A DNA stretch of 64,000 bases from Candidatus Micrarchaeota archaeon (GCA_028867135.1 JAGWGW010000003.1:12553-76552); one strand, 5' to 3'; shown: positions 27,315-37,455, counted from the stretch's first letter. Made by a program: numbers and translations. Notes: a model not told the origin generated them from the letters alone.

Positions 27315-28517
27315 ATGGCATTTTCGCTGCCGAATATCTATAAGAGCAGGCACTCAGCATACATGATACTGATACCGCTGGCGCTCATGCTGATAGGCAT
27401 ATACCTTTCGAGGGGCATTGTGCTAGACTCGTCGCTGAGCGGCGGGGTCAGCATAATACTGCAGACAAACACGACGATGAGCGCGCAGCAGGCTGCGGGG
27501 CTCATAAGCTCGAAGCTGAATGTGGCAAACCCAGGAGTCGTGGTGAGCAGCAGGGAGGTTAGCATAACGCTCCCAAAGAACAGCAGCCTTGAGAACGCTG
27601 AGAACTACCAGCTTGCGTTTTACAGCCAGAGGGCCAACTACAGCACAGCGCTTGTGAACCTGACGAACGCGCAGATAGGGCTCCGGAGCAATCCGGGCAA
27701 CGGCACGCTGCTGAACCAGGAGAGGATCTATTCGTCGCTTGCGAACAGGTCGCTGGCGGAGATGCAGGGCTCGGCAGCGGCCGAGTTGGATGCGCTCAGG
27801 CCTTTCATAGGCAGCCAGGCGGTCAACTCGAGCGACCCGGCGGCGCTTGAAAACGCCGTGTCGCTGTCGTACCAGAACGCAAGCAATGTCTACAAGAACA
27901 TGACGATAGAGAAGCTCCATTCGATCTTCGGCTTCAGCTCGTACTCGTACGAGCAGATAACTGTGCTGCAGAGCCAGTACTTCATAGGCAAGCTCAAGAC
28001 CATAATATTCGCTGCCTTCATACTCATAGCGATAATAGTGTTCATCATATTCAGGAGCCCGATACCGTCCTTCGCAGTCATATTCGGCGCTGCCAACGAC
28101 ATGGTCATAGCGCTGGGCGCAATGGCGATATTCAAGATACCGCTCGGCATAGCGAGCGTCGGCGGCCTCCTCATGCTCCTAGGCTATTCGATAGACACGG
28201 ACGTGCTCACAGCGATAAGGATACTGAAGAGGAGCGAGGGGACGCCTGAGGACAGGGCCTACGGCTCTATGATGACAGGGCTCACCATGACGCTGACAGC
28301 TATAGTCTCCTTTGCTGTGCTGTTCTCGGTATCGGTCATAGAATACGTGCCCACGTACTACGAGATAGCCGGAGTGGTGCTCTGCGGCCTTGTCGGGGAC
28401 ATATTCACCACGTGGTTCATAAACGCTAACCTGATACTCATGTATGCGAAGGACAGGCATTTCATGTCAAATGCGATTAAGAAGGTGCTGAAGCTTGGCA
28501 ATCCAAAAATACCTTAA
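27315..28517 (+). CDS. secF: Protein-export membrane protein SecF
   Basis: N-terminal TM, large extracytoplasmic domain, C-terminal 5-6 TM with LLGYSIDTDVLTAIRILKR (archaeal SecF-type motif). Overlaps secD by 23 nt. Confidence 0.75.
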   Translation: MAFSLPNIYKSRHSAYMILIPLALMLIGIYLSRGIVLDSSLSGGVSIILQTNTTMSAQQAAGLISSKLNVANPGVVVSSREVSITLPKNSSLENAENYQLAFYSQRANYSTALVNLTNAQIGLRSNPGNGTLLNQERIYSSLANRSLAEMQGSAAAELDALRPFIGSQAVNSSDPAALENAVSLSYQNASNVYKNMTIEKLHSIFGFSSYSYEQITVLQSQYFIGKLKTIIFAAFILIAIIVFIIFRSPIPSFAVIFGAANDMVIALGAMAIFKIPLGIASVGGLLMLLGYSIDTDVLTAIRILKRSEGTPEDRAYGSMMTGLTMTLTAIVSFAVLFSVSVIEYVPTYYEIAGVVLCGLVGDIFTTWFINANLILMYAKDRHFMSNAIKKVLKLGNPKIP

Positions 28518-30090
28518 AGACCTTAGGATACTCTCGCTCATCGCGTTCATAGCCGTGCTTGCAATCCTGGACTACGCGCACGGGATAAACCTCGGCATCG
28601 AGTTCGTGGGCGGCACGCAGATACCGATACAGCTGGAGCACAGCGTCACGCCGGACCAGATGAACCAGCTGATAAGCATACTGCAGCAGCGGCTCTCGAC
28701 ATTCGGGCTCAAGCAGGTGCCGGTGACCGGGGTGGGCAGCTCGCAAGTGCTGGTTGAGACCGCCAGCGTGTCGCAGTCCGAGATACAGAGCCTCATAGGG
28801 ATAATACAGAGCCAGGGGATATTCCAGGGCATTGTGAGCGGCAAGGAGGCGATCAACGGCTCATCGCTGCTCGAGGGCAGCATAGGCAGCGGCCAGCCTG
28901 TGGTCAGCGGCACTGTCGTAGAATGGTCGGTCAACTTCTACCTTACGCAGAAGGCAGCGATATACTTCTCAAAGGTCGTGTTCGGGCAGGGCAACAGGCC
29001 GCTGTACATGTTCCTTGACAGGCCCGCAGGATCGATACTGCTGATCAACAGCTCCGTGCTGACCGGGACAGGACCGTTGGTGAACCAGGAAAGCGCGATA
29101 ACGGCTGCGCATGACGCAGCTCTCTTCGGCAACAGGACGATACCCATAGAGATGCTCAGCAACGACGGAGGCAACTGGAAGTCCCTGTACCCGTTCTTCA
29201 AGGGCAACTCTGGCAAGTACCAGAAGGTCATACTCGCGTACGGCACTCCTGCAGCGATAATCGCGAACCTGACCCAGCTCAATTATACCATAGTGTACAA
29301 GAACGCATCGGACCTTTCGCCAAGGTTCATACAGCCGTACAACTACTCGTTCAATAACACGGTCCTTGTCGATTCGTGGCCGGCCATAGGCCTGCTCTCT
29401 GCGCCGATACTCAGCACCGGCGTGACCAACGGCTCCATAAGCCAGGGATACATCATATCGGGATCTGCGCCGCCGAACCTTTCGGCTGCCGAGGCTGTCG
29501 CGTATGCGAACAACCAGACCAAGGAGATAGTGAGCATACTCAGGGGAGGGGCGCTTCCCGTGCATGTCATAGTCGAGGCGCCCACGACGACTCCGCCGAC
29601 GCTCGGCACGAGGTTCGAGGCCATCAGCGCAATAGCGCTGCTGCTTGCTGTGATAGCGGTGTCGCTTGTAATAGTCATGAGGTACAGGAAGCTGTTCCTG
29701 ATCGCGCCGATAATGCTGACAACCCTTGCCGAGCTTTTCATAATGCTGTCGATAGTCGGGCTCATAGGGACCATAGACCTGTCAGCCATAGCTGGAATGA
29801 TAGCCGTCATAGGGACCGGAGTGGACGCGCAGATAATAATAACCGACGAGGTACTGGTCAGGAGGGGCGACGCTAGCACCATGAAGATGAAGCTAGGGAA
29901 TGCGTTCTACATAGTCTGGGCAGACGCGCTCCTGCTGGTCGTGGCCATGCTCCCGCTCTTCTTCGAGACGTCGCTCGTCTCCGTCACGGGCTTCTCTGTG
30001 GCGACCATAACCGGAGCGCTTCTTGGAGCTTTTGTCACAAGGCCAACGTACGGCGCGATGCTCAGCAAGCATTACGCGGACGCGGTGTGA
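28495..30090 (+). CDS. secD: Protein-export membrane protein SecD
   Basis: 531 aa, same architecture, with IGTGVDAQIIITDE (archaeal SecD-type motif). Confidence 0.75.
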   Translation: MAIQKYLKDLRILSLIAFIAVLAILDYAHGINLGIEFVGGTQIPIQLEHSVTPDQMNQLISILQQRLSTFGLKQVPVTGVGSSQVLVETASVSQSEIQSLIGIIQSQGIFQGIVSGKEAINGSSLLEGSIGSGQPVVSGTVVEWSVNFYLTQKAAIYFSKVVFGQGNRPLYMFLDRPAGSILLINSSVLTGTGPLVNQESAITAAHDAALFGNRTIPIEMLSNDGGNWKSLYPFFKGNSGKYQKVILAYGTPAAIIANLTQLNYTIVYKNASDLSPRFIQPYNYSFNNTVLVDSWPAIGLLSAPILSTGVTNGSISQGYIISGSAPPNLSAAEAVAYANNQTKEIVSILRGGALPVHVIVEAPTTTPPTLGTRFEAISAIALLLAVIAVSLVIVMRYRKLFLIAPIMLTTLAELFIMLSIVGLIGTIDLSAIAGMIAVIGTGVDAQIIITDEVLVRRGDASTMKMKLGNAFYIVWADALLLVVAMLPLFFETSLVSVTGFSVATITGALLGAFVTRPTYGAMLSKHYADAV

Positions 30091-30094
30091 TGGC

Positions 30095-30730
30095 ATGCCC
30101 AAGAGTTGCCCGACATGCAGCAGGACCAGCAACGACGCCAAGTTCTTCGGCTCATTCTGCGAGTACTGCTCAAGGGATAAGCTCTCTGCAAAGCTGAATG
30201 CCGTTGTGGAGGTCACCTGGTGCAAGCGTTGCATGAGGATACGGGGAAGGGAGGGGTTCGTCGCTCCTGCAGGAAGGAACTTCGAGGAGATAATGGGCTC
30301 CAGGTTCAAGGGCTATTCCGTGCATCTGGTCAAGCTGAACAGGGACAGCGCCCTGCTCGACATCGCGGAGATGACGCCGGACGGCCCTCTCTCGGTCGAA
30401 AAGGAGATCGGGATAAGGTACAACAAGACGCTGTGCGATACCTGCTACAAGAAGTCGAGCAGCTATTACGAGGCTGTGGTGCAGCTGAGGGGAAACCCTG
30501 CGAAGATGGAGAGGATGATTGCAAGCCTGGAGAGGTATTTCGAGAGGAGGAACCAGTTCGTATCGAAGATAGAGAAGGAGGACAACGGCTTTAACGTCTA
30601 CCTCAGCGACAAGAGGATGGCATCCGAATTCATGGCAAGCAAGAGGCTGAAGCCCAACATGTCGTACACGCTTGCAGGGATAAAGGGCGGCAAGAAGATA
30701 TACAAGAACACCTACGCGCTCCATCTCTGA
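30095..30730 (+). CDS. NMD3-family zinc-ribbon protein (ribosome biogenesis/export-factor homologue)
   Basis: Start taken at MPKSCPTCS (ATG 30095), because the track ORF start lies inside secD. CxxC x4 pattern (CPTC, CEYC, CKRC, CDTC) and YYEAVVQLRG. Confidence 0.6.
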   Translation: MPKSCPTCSRTSNDAKFFGSFCEYCSRDKLSAKLNAVVEVTWCKRCMRIRGREGFVAPAGRNFEEIMGSRFKGYSVHLVKLNRDSALLDIAEMTPDGPLSVEKEIGIRYNKTLCDTCYKKSSSYYEAVVQLRGNPAKMERMIASLERYFERRNQFVSKIEKEDNGFNVYLSDKRMASEFMASKRLKPNMSYTLAGIKGGKKIYKNTYALHL

Positions 30731-30780
30731 AGGCAATGAACTTACGCCATGTTTAATAAAATAACCCGTCAATAACAGTA

Positions 30781-31305
30781 ATGATCAGAATGAGGTTCTT
30801 GGGCCAGTCTGCCGTCGACTTCTTCACCACCTACGGATGGGCCATCGTCATAATAGCGATGGTGATGGGCTTCATGTACTACTTCGTCGCGCTCCCTTCG
30901 GCAGTCGCCCCTGAGCAGTGCATCTTCAACTATTTCGTCACGTGCAAGGCGCTGCTAGTGGGCTCCAACAGCACGTCGACGCAGTTCTCCATACTGCTGG
31001 TTAACGCGCAGACCTTCCCGCTAATAGGCGCCAATGTGGTGTTCAAGACTGACACTCTTGGCACAGTCCTCGGCAACAAGCCTTGCATACCGGTCAACGC
31101 GTTTGCAGGCAATTCCATACTCTGCAACGCCACGGCAACATTTGTGACCCCTCCAGGAAGCACCATAAACGGAAGGATAGAGCTCAATGTGACTGCGTGC
31201 CCGAGCGGAAACCCGAACAACTGCCAGCCTGCACAGAAGGTTACCTATGTGGGCAACTTCTCAGCGAAGGTGCAGCCTGTCACAGGGTCCCTCAGCTGGC
31301 CGTGA
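30781..31305 (+). CDS. Pilin-like protein with class III signal peptide
   Basis: MRFLGQSAVDFFTTYGWAIVIIAMVMG resembles the QSAMEYLMTYGWAIL leader of the two LamG proteins at 56-58 kb. Confidence 0.6.
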   Translation: MIRMRFLGQSAVDFFTTYGWAIVIIAMVMGFMYYFVALPSAVAPEQCIFNYFVTCKALLVGSNSTSTQFSILLVNAQTFPLIGANVVFKTDTLGTVLGNKPCIPVNAFAGNSILCNATATFVTPPGSTINGRIELNVTACPSGNPNNCQPAQKVTYVGNFSAKVQPVTGSLSWP

Positions 31306-31790
31306 AAACCAGTAGCTTATCCTTGAGCTCAGGTCCGAGAAGAACTCCTCGTTTGACTCGATGTCGCCGACCTTGAGGACGACGTTCACGTCGTCCTTCG
31401 CGCCTATTATCTACCTGCAGAAGGCAGCCTCGCCTGATATCTGCGGATTCTCTCCCGTTTAGACGTTTAAGTGCCTGCCCTCGAGCCTCACGGCAAAGAC
31501 CCTGCTTCCGTTGTCGATGAGTTTGCCTATGGTCATCGCGCCGCTGATAAGGCAGCTACGATTTTTTCACAATAGGCGTCTTTGATGATGCTGGAGCCGC
31601 AAGGAAGCACGATATCGCACCACAGGAGCGTCTTCAGGAAAGACAGGGTAAAGATGGAGTACGGAGAGGTGGATAGGATACTGCAAAGGAATACAATACC
31701 GTCAGGTGGACCACCGATCTCATAGGAATGGAGGGCAAGCCATAGAAACGCTTTATAACCTTTTTAGCTGAGATATTATGGGGTTTAGAT
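31306..31790 (-). pseudogene. Probable decayed gene (one frameshift plus two in-frame stops)
   Basis: The minus strand reads ...WCDIVLPCGSSIIKDAYCEKIVAALSAAR*. After a frame change at an ATGA it reads MTIGKLIDNGSRVFAVRLEGRHLNV*TGENPQISGEAAFCR*IIGAKDDVNVVLKVGDIESNEEFFSDL... No intact ORF of 60 aa or more here looks convincing. Confidence 0.3.
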
Positions 31791-32178
31791 GCCTTCAAAA
31801 AAGACGCTGAAGCTTGAGAAAGACCATGACGAGGCCTCCAAGAGGAGGGTATCGCTGTTCTTCTCAATATTCCTTTTCGTTACCCTTGTCCTGACCATGG
31901 GAAGGGACCTGGGCAACAACGTACTTCTTGCGGGCGAGGTCGCTGTGCTGTTCACCGCAATATTCTCGATAGCGGCCATAGCTGTTTACAGGTACAACCT
32001 TGACAACATAAGCATGAGGACGCTGAACAGCGTGATTGCTGTCCTTGTCTTCTTCTCGCTTGTTGCTGTTGTGTACGGCGCGCTGGCCGAGGTGGGCGCT
32101 GGCAATGCAGGTATACAGATGGCGCTGATGCTGATGGTTGCTCTGATAATGCTCCTGATAAACAGGTTCGTGCACTGA
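31789..32178 (+). CDS. Small membrane protein (129 aa, about 4 TM)
   Basis: Basic N-terminus followed by hydrophobic helices. Confidence 0.5.
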   Translation: MPSKKTLKLEKDHDEASKRRVSLFFSIFLFVTLVLTMGRDLGNNVLLAGEVAVLFTAIFSIAAIAVYRYNLDNISMRTLNSVIAVLVFFSLVAVVYGALAEVGAGNAGIQMALMLMVALIMLLINRFVH

Positions 32179-32200
32179 ATGCGGCGCTCCATCGTCTCCA

Positions 32201-33322
32201 TCATCCCGCAGGCGAAGGAGCATTCTGGACGCTTTTTCTCGGGCTGAACGTGCGGAGCATCGCGAATGTTATGGTAAGGCACCCCACAGCCACAAGGGCC
32301 AAGGAAAGGCTGATTGGAAGATAGCCGAACAGCGCGAAGACTATTCCTGTCCCTATCGCAATGAACGAGAAGAGCGGGGGGATTGCGGGCAACGGCTTCT
32401 TGTAGCCCCTTATTATCTGCATCGTGACGAGAAGGCCTATCGTCGCGAACAGCGCTATCGCTATGCTCGCAAAAGAGTTCGAGTAGGTGAAGAAGGAGCT
32501 CGCAACCGCCATTAGAGGAAGGTCGAGGTCCCCTTCTCCAAGTTCCAGCCTCGACATCACCGGAAGGTTGCCGCTGTACAGTATCTTCCTGAATATGGGA
32601 TTCTCGTCCTCGTGGCTGTCATGCAGGTATTTGAGGTACGCCTTCAGCTCCTGCCTGCCCATGCTGCTGGGCGGCAGCTCCTCTATGTCCTCGGCCTTTA
32701 TCAGGAACGCTATGTTCTTCTCATCGACAGCCTTTGCAAGCTTTACCATAGACTTGGTCACGAAGACTGCAAGATAATCGTATACCGCAACTATGAAGAG
32801 GAATGCGATGGCCCAGGTGAAAGGCAGGTAGACGCCCAGGAAAAGGCCTATCCCTATGCTTGAGACGGTCGTGGCGGTGTTCCTGATTATCGGCTCCTTC
32901 TCCTTGAGGAGGGTCAGCAGCACTGCTGCGACCAGGCTTATCGCATAGTATATGTACAGGTTAGCGGAATGGAAGAGCGAGGGAAGGAGGAACAGGATTG
33001 CGAAGTAGGAGGTTATGACGAGCACAACGACCTCTATGCCAGTGAACACCCTGCTGTCGTCGAGACCCGTGTAGTGGTGCCTGTGCCTCCTCACAAGCGC
33101 GTAGATGACGATAAGTATCAGCATCGCATCGAGCGTGTACGATATGCCTATCGACGCGTTGCTGACGAGCCCCTCCTTGATTATTGCAAGCGAATGCTGC
33201 GACACAGCGAGATCTGCGAGAAGAAGCCCTCCGAACTGGACTATCAGGAAGAAAATCAGAATCTCAGTCTCTTCCCTTCCTCCTATGATCTTGAGCAAGT
33301 GGGCACCGCTAGTGTAATGCAT
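32201..33322 (-). CDS. Presenilin / signal-peptide-peptidase homologue (A22 aspartyl intramembrane protease)
   Basis: AVYDYLAVF (YD), LGEGDLDLPL (GxGD), KPLPAIPPL (PAL-like); polytopic. Confidence 0.75.
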   Translation of the reverse strand: MHYTSGAHLLKIIGGREETEILIFFLIVQFGGLLLADLAVSQHSLAIIKEGLVSNASIGISYTLDAMLILIVIYALVRRHRHHYTGLDDSRVFTGIEVVVLVITSYFAILFLLPSLFHSANLYIYYAISLVAAVLLTLLKEKEPIIRNTATTVSSIGIGLFLGVYLPFTWAIAFLFIVAVYDYLAVFVTKSMVKLAKAVDEKNIAFLIKAEDIEELPPSSMGRQELKAYLKYLHDSHEDENPIFRKILYSGNLPVMSRLELGEGDLDLPLMAVASSFFTYSNSFASIAIALFATIGLLVTMQIIRGYKKPLPAIPPLFSFIAIGTGIVFALFGYLPISLSLALVAVGCLTITFAMLRTFSPRKSVQNAPSPAG

Positions 33323-33399
33323 TGAAAGAATTTAAAATTGCACTGCTGAAATGGGAAAGTCAGCGATGGGTATTAATAAATTAACAGAGATGGTTAACC

Positions 33400-33879
33400 A
33401 TGGAGGCTCCCGGAAACTACAAGGATAAGGCAAAAGACATCATAGGAAAAAATATGTACCTTGTGCTTGCAACGAGCGGCAAGGATGGAAAGCCGTGGGC
33501 ATGCCCGGTGTTTTTTGCACATGACCAGGACTACAACTTCTACTTCATGTCTGCGACGGATTCGTTGCACGTCAAGAACATAAATGAAAACGACAATGTC
33601 GGGATTGTGATATTCGATTCCAATGTGCCTGTGGGAAACTCTGACGAGGTGCAGGCTGCAGGGCATGCTTCTGTGGTGGAAAAGGATGATATCAAGAGGG
33701 TGATAGGCATTTATTCGAAGAAGCTGTATCCCAAATCGCCCATGCCTCCTACAGAGAGGTACAGGCCTGAGGATTACACTGGGGCATCTGAGTTCAGGTT
33801 CTACAAGATAAAGACGGAGAAGGTATTCACCGCAGGGCCGGATAGAAGGGTGGAGGTAGACCTGAAGCCAGGCAAATAA
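33400..33879 (+). CDS. Pyridoxamine 5'-phosphate oxidase-like FMN-binding split-barrel protein
   Basis: KNMYLVLATSGKDGKPWACPVFFAHDQDYNFYFMS is typical of the GSP26/PNPOx-like family. Confidence 0.65.
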   Translation: MEAPGNYKDKAKDIIGKNMYLVLATSGKDGKPWACPVFFAHDQDYNFYFMSATDSLHVKNINENDNVGIVIFDSNVPVGNSDEVQAAGHASVVEKDDIKRVIGIYSKKLYPKSPMPPTERYRPEDYTGASEFRFYKIKTEKVFTAGPDRRVEVDLKPGK

Positions 33880-33882
33880 GCG

Positions 33883-34050
33883 CTACTTCCTCTTTTTCTT
33901 TGACATCCTTTCGCTAAGGCAGTCGTCGCAGATGTATACATAGCGATGGGAGAACTTGAATCCGTCGTGATAGCCGGTATCGACAACCTCCATCTCGTCG
34001 TCTCCGGCTACTTTTTGGCAGAAGTGGCACATCCTTCGCATGTCATCCAT
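33883..34050 (-). CDS. Small zinc-ribbon protein (55 aa), not in the ORF track
   Basis: MDDMRRMCHFCQKV...YVYICDDCLSERMSKKKRK: CxxC...CxxC with a basic tail. Confidence 0.45.
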   Translation of the reverse strand: MDDMRRMCHFCQKVAGDDEMEVVDTGYHDGFKFSHRYVYICDDCLSERMSKKKRK

Positions 34051-34166
34051 TCCTTATGCACAGCAAATTTTATAAGCCATCACATGCGCCATATTCCTGC
34101 AGCGGCGCCCAGATGAACCATTATATTCTATAGTGTCTTTTATAATAGATAAAAACCAGTGAGATC

Positions 34167-34910
34167 TTGAGAATCTGCATTGTAATACCAGCGTACAACG
34201 AGGAGAGAAGGATAGGAGGGACGCTGAAAGAATATGCAGGGGCACTACTTAAAAAATACGATGGCTCAGTGGATTTGCTCGTGGTGTCTGAGAGCACCGA
34301 TGACACAGACAAGATAGTCAAGCGCTTCTCAAAGGCAAACGACCATATCAGGCTCCTCAGCTCAGGCAGGAGACTTAACAAGGGCGGAGCGATAATCAGG
34401 GGCTTCAGGCATGCATGCAATTCGGGGTATGGCATAATAGGGTTTGCGGATGCAGACCTTGCACTTACAAGCAGCCAGATAATCAAGATGCTTGACAGAT
34501 TGCGCAAAGGAAGTATAGACGGGGTCATCGCATCGAGGTACGCAAAAGGGAGCAGGATAATAGGAAAGCAGAAGCTCGCAAGATACGTTGCAAGCAGAGC
34601 GTACAACCTGATGGTAAGGCTCCTTTTCGGTTTCAGGTACAGCGACACGCAGTGCGGCTACAAGTTCTTCATGAGAAGGTCTTTGTGCAGGATACTTGGC
34701 AGGTTGACGCTGACAGACATGAGCTTCGATATAAACCTGCTCTACGAACTGAAGATGCAGCGTTCCAACGTAGTTGAGATGCCAATAGAATACAGGATGG
34801 CCTACGAGGGTAGTACGCTGAGGGTGAGGAGGCAGCTGCCCCAGATGCTGGCATCAACGATCGGCTTCAGGATTGAAAGGTCGCCGATCGGCAGGATGAT
34901 CCAAAAATAG
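34167..34910 (+). CDS. GT2 glycosyltransferase (dolichyl-phosphate glycosyltransferase-like)
   Basis: ICIVIPAYNEERRIG, GFADADLA (DxD), ...SDTQCGYKFF. Confidence 0.8.
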   Translation: MRICIVIPAYNEERRIGGTLKEYAGALLKKYDGSVDLLVVSESTDDTDKIVKRFSKANDHIRLLSSGRRLNKGGAIIRGFRHACNSGYGIIGFADADLALTSSQIIKMLDRLRKGSIDGVIASRYAKGSRIIGKQKLARYVASRAYNLMVRLLFGFRYSDTQCGYKFFMRRSLCRILGRLTLTDMSFDINLLYELKMQRSNVVEMPIEYRMAYEGSTLRVRRQLPQMLASTIGFRIERSPIGRMIQK

Positions 34911-35387
34911 TCACATGCAGTGCATGAAAACGATGGCTTCTTCCGGGGGAGGCTGGGGAGCCGGAGGTGGCGGCGTTGATAGTGCGGAGGAGGCGGAAGG
35001 TAAGTTCCAAGGTATCCGCATCGGTTGCGTTAACCTGTCCTCCATCGCTTTCTTTTTATTCTTCTCCGTTTTTGAGTTATTCCTGCCCTGCTCATATGTT
35101 TCCCTCTTTATTTGATCATATAATCAACAGATAGGCATATATTGTGTCGTGCACTGCGTTTTCATAAACCAAAAGATAGACGCAAGCAGCGCTATTTCGC
35201 TTCGGAATGAGTATATCTTTAGATATGCAGATATCTCCCGCATATTTTCCAGGATTTGCTGAGATGAAAGATCTCCAGAATGCAGTATCCGCTAAAATGG
35301 GGCGTTAGATTTGGTTAGCAGCTATATAAGCTGGTCTGGGCGATGGAGATGCGGAGGGTTTGCAGCATATTGCAGCGTGACCCTATC

Positions 35388-35705
35388 TCATTTCACGTAT
35401 TTCTTGATCTGCTTGTTGAGCTTCGCGATCTCGGCGTTCATCATTGCCATGTCCTTCTTCGTGACAAGGCGATTCGACTTTATCATAGAGTCCACGTGTT
35501 TCTGCGCCTGCGCTGCGTATTTCTTGACCATGGCCTGGTACTCATTGACCATTTGTTGCACTGCCCTCTCGCTGTCCTTCCTGCTTATCTTGCCCTCCTT
35601 CTGCAGCTTCTTTAGCGCGTCGTTCATGGCGTCGATAGCCAGATATGCCACGCCTGCTCCTATCTGCATACCCTTTTTCAAGTTCTTGTCCATTGGAAAC
35701 ACCAT
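35388..35705 (-). CDS. Coiled-coil hypothetical protein (phasin-like composition)
   Basis: 105 aa, K/A/Q/M-rich helical. Downstream and co-directional with the UbiB-family kinase. Confidence 0.5.
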   Translation of the reverse strand: MVFPMDKNLKKGMQIGAGVAYLAIDAMNDALKKLQKEGKISRKDSERAVQQMVNEYQAMVKKYAAQAQKHVDSMIKSNRLVTKKDMAMMNAEIAKLNKQIKKYVK

Positions 35706-35730
35706 CTAGTATCGATATCCTGCATAAGAT

Positions 35731-37374
35731 TTAATATAGTAGCGTTTTCAGCACAAATGCTGCGCCAAGGATAACGCTGACAGCGAAGATAGGCATTCCA
35801 ATGCCTGGATACTTCGACACTATGAATGATGAACCCACTATCATCGAAGCGAGTATGAGCGAGATGGAGATCCTGTTCCCCATCAGATCTATGTTCCTGA
35901 CCAGCGTTAGCAGATCCTTATGCTCCAGCTCAATCCTTATGGTGCCATCCCGCAGCCTCTTGAATAACGTGCTTATCGTTGAGGGCAGCATCCTCACCAT
36001 GTACTCTACATCCACCATACCGCTGCCTATCTCGCCCTCGATCCTCTTCAGGTCCACCTTTGCGGTTCCCATTCTCTTGGTGTAGGTCTCGAACTCTTCT
36101 GCAACGCTGAATTTGGTGTCGAGCTGCATGCCCACCCCCTCAAGCAGCAGGAATGCGCGTGTCAATTCAGCAAGCTCGCGGGGTCTGTTGAACTGGTACT
36201 TGCTTATGACGCTTACCAGGTCTGTCAACAGGTTTCCCAGCTCGATATCGTTCACATTGCTTGTGTAGTAAGCCTCGAGTAGATCGGTTACGTCGGCCCT
36301 GAGCGCCTCCGTGTCTGAGCCGTCGCTCAGCATGTCGGTACGCACAAGATGCTCCACAAGGCCTCTCGGATTGTTGTTTATTGCGAAGAGGGCCAGTCTG
36401 AAGATGTTGTCGGCGACGTACCTGTCTATAGTGTCCATTCTCCCGTAGTCGAGAAAACATATCACGTTCTTGTCCAGGACCATTATGTTGCCAGGATGTA
36501 GGTCCGCGTGGTAGAAACCGTCCTCCATCACCATCTTGAGGAAAGCTTGAGTGCATCTCCTTGCAATGAGTGTCTTGTTGAACCTCTTCGAATTGGACTT
36601 TATCACGTCGAAGAGTCGTACGCCGCGTATCTCCTCCATGACGAGCACGCGTCGCGTGCACATATCAGGGTATACAGTAGGCACGTATATGCCCTTCACA
36701 TCCTTGAAGTTCTCCCTGAGGTGCAACGCATTCCTCGATTCCCTCAGGAAGTTCAGTTCCTTCAGTATCGATCTCTCGAACTCATTGACAAGATACTCGG
36801 GGTCATACTTGCGCGACTCTGGCACGTACTTGTCAGCCATCTTCGCCAGATAGTGCATTATCCTTAGATCCTCCTTTATAAGCTCCTCTATCTTGGGCCT
36901 CTGTACCTTGATCACCACTCTTCTCCCGTTCTTGAGAACAGCCCTATGGACCTGCGCCACAGAGGCGGAGGCCATAGGCTCCGATTCGAAGCTTGTGAAG
37001 AGCTGGTTGATCGGCTTGCCGAGCTCCTCCTCTATTACATGCCTTGCCTCTTCCGAAGAGAAGGGGCGCATGCGATCCTGGAGCTTTGATAGTTCAGCTG
37101 CATAGCTTGGGCCTATTATGTCGCCTCGTGTGCTTAGCAGCTGGCCGAGCTTCACAAAAGTGGTGCCGAGCTCCTCGAACATCATCCTTATGCGCTCCTC
37201 CTGCGTCTTGTATTCAGTTTCCTGTCCCCTGTGTTTGTGAATGTGTATCGGCAGCCTCTCCTCGACACGGACCTTGTCCACCAGTTTGCCGGCCTGAAAC
37301 TTGACCATTATGTCCATTATCTGTGCAAGCCTTACAAGATCCCTCTTGCTTTGTGAGAGTGCGTCTGCCATCAA
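35731..37374 (-). CDS. ABC1/UbiB/ADCK-family atypical kinase
   Basis: ASASVAQVHRAVLKNGRRVVIKVQRPKI, FYHADLHPGNIMV, C-terminal TM helices. Confidence 0.85.
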   Translation of the reverse strand: MMADALSQSKRDLVRLAQIMDIMVKFQAGKLVDKVRVEERLPIHIHKHRGQETEYKTQEERIRMMFEELGTTFVKLGQLLSTRGDIIGPSYAAELSKLQDRMRPFSSEEARHVIEEELGKPINQLFTSFESEPMASASVAQVHRAVLKNGRRVVIKVQRPKIEELIKEDLRIMHYLAKMADKYVPESRKYDPEYLVNEFERSILKELNFLRESRNALHLRENFKDVKGIYVPTVYPDMCTRRVLVMEEIRGVRLFDVIKSNSKRFNKTLIARRCTQAFLKMVMEDGFYHADLHPGNIMVLDKNVICFLDYGRMDTIDRYVADNIFRLALFAINNNPRGLVEHLVRTDMLSDGSDTEALRADVTDLLEAYYTSNVNDIELGNLLTDLVSVISKYQFNRPRELAELTRAFLLLEGVGMQLDTKFSVAEEFETYTKRMGTAKVDLKRIEGEIGSGMVDVEYMVRMLPSTISTLFKRLRDGTIRIELEHKDLLTLVRNIDLMGNRISISLILASMIVGSSFIVSKYPGIGMPIFAVSVILGAAFVLKTLLY

Positions 37375-37442
37375 ATCCCAGGAATAAATCTATTACTATT
37401 TAGGAACGCATAATATAAACCATGCCCTTAGCGCAAAATCAT

Positions 37443-37455
37443 ATGGAGGCACAGG
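37443..37455. repeat. att-type direct repeat, copy 1 (distal end of island)
   Basis: ATGGAGGCACAGG, identical to 38037..38049 and 41452..41464. Confidence 0.8.

Noticed and set aside
30023-30094. Track start of the NMD3-like ORF inside secD
   Set aside because: The upstream 24 codons overlap the secD 3' end in another frame. The ATG at 30095 directly precedes the first CxxC knuckle.
31575-31650. Box C/D sRNA suggested by TGATGA at about 31582
   Set aside because: No appropriately spaced CTGA D box and no terminal stem were found on either strand.
34915-35115. 66-aa plus ORF (G-rich: SSGGGWGAGGGG...) and short basic or proline-rich minus-strand peptides in the same spacer
   Set aside because: Low-complexity composition, no convincing start context, and no family resemblance beyond a vague likeness of MSRAGITQKRRRIKRKRWRTG to tiny basic ribosomal peptides. 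Not supportable.
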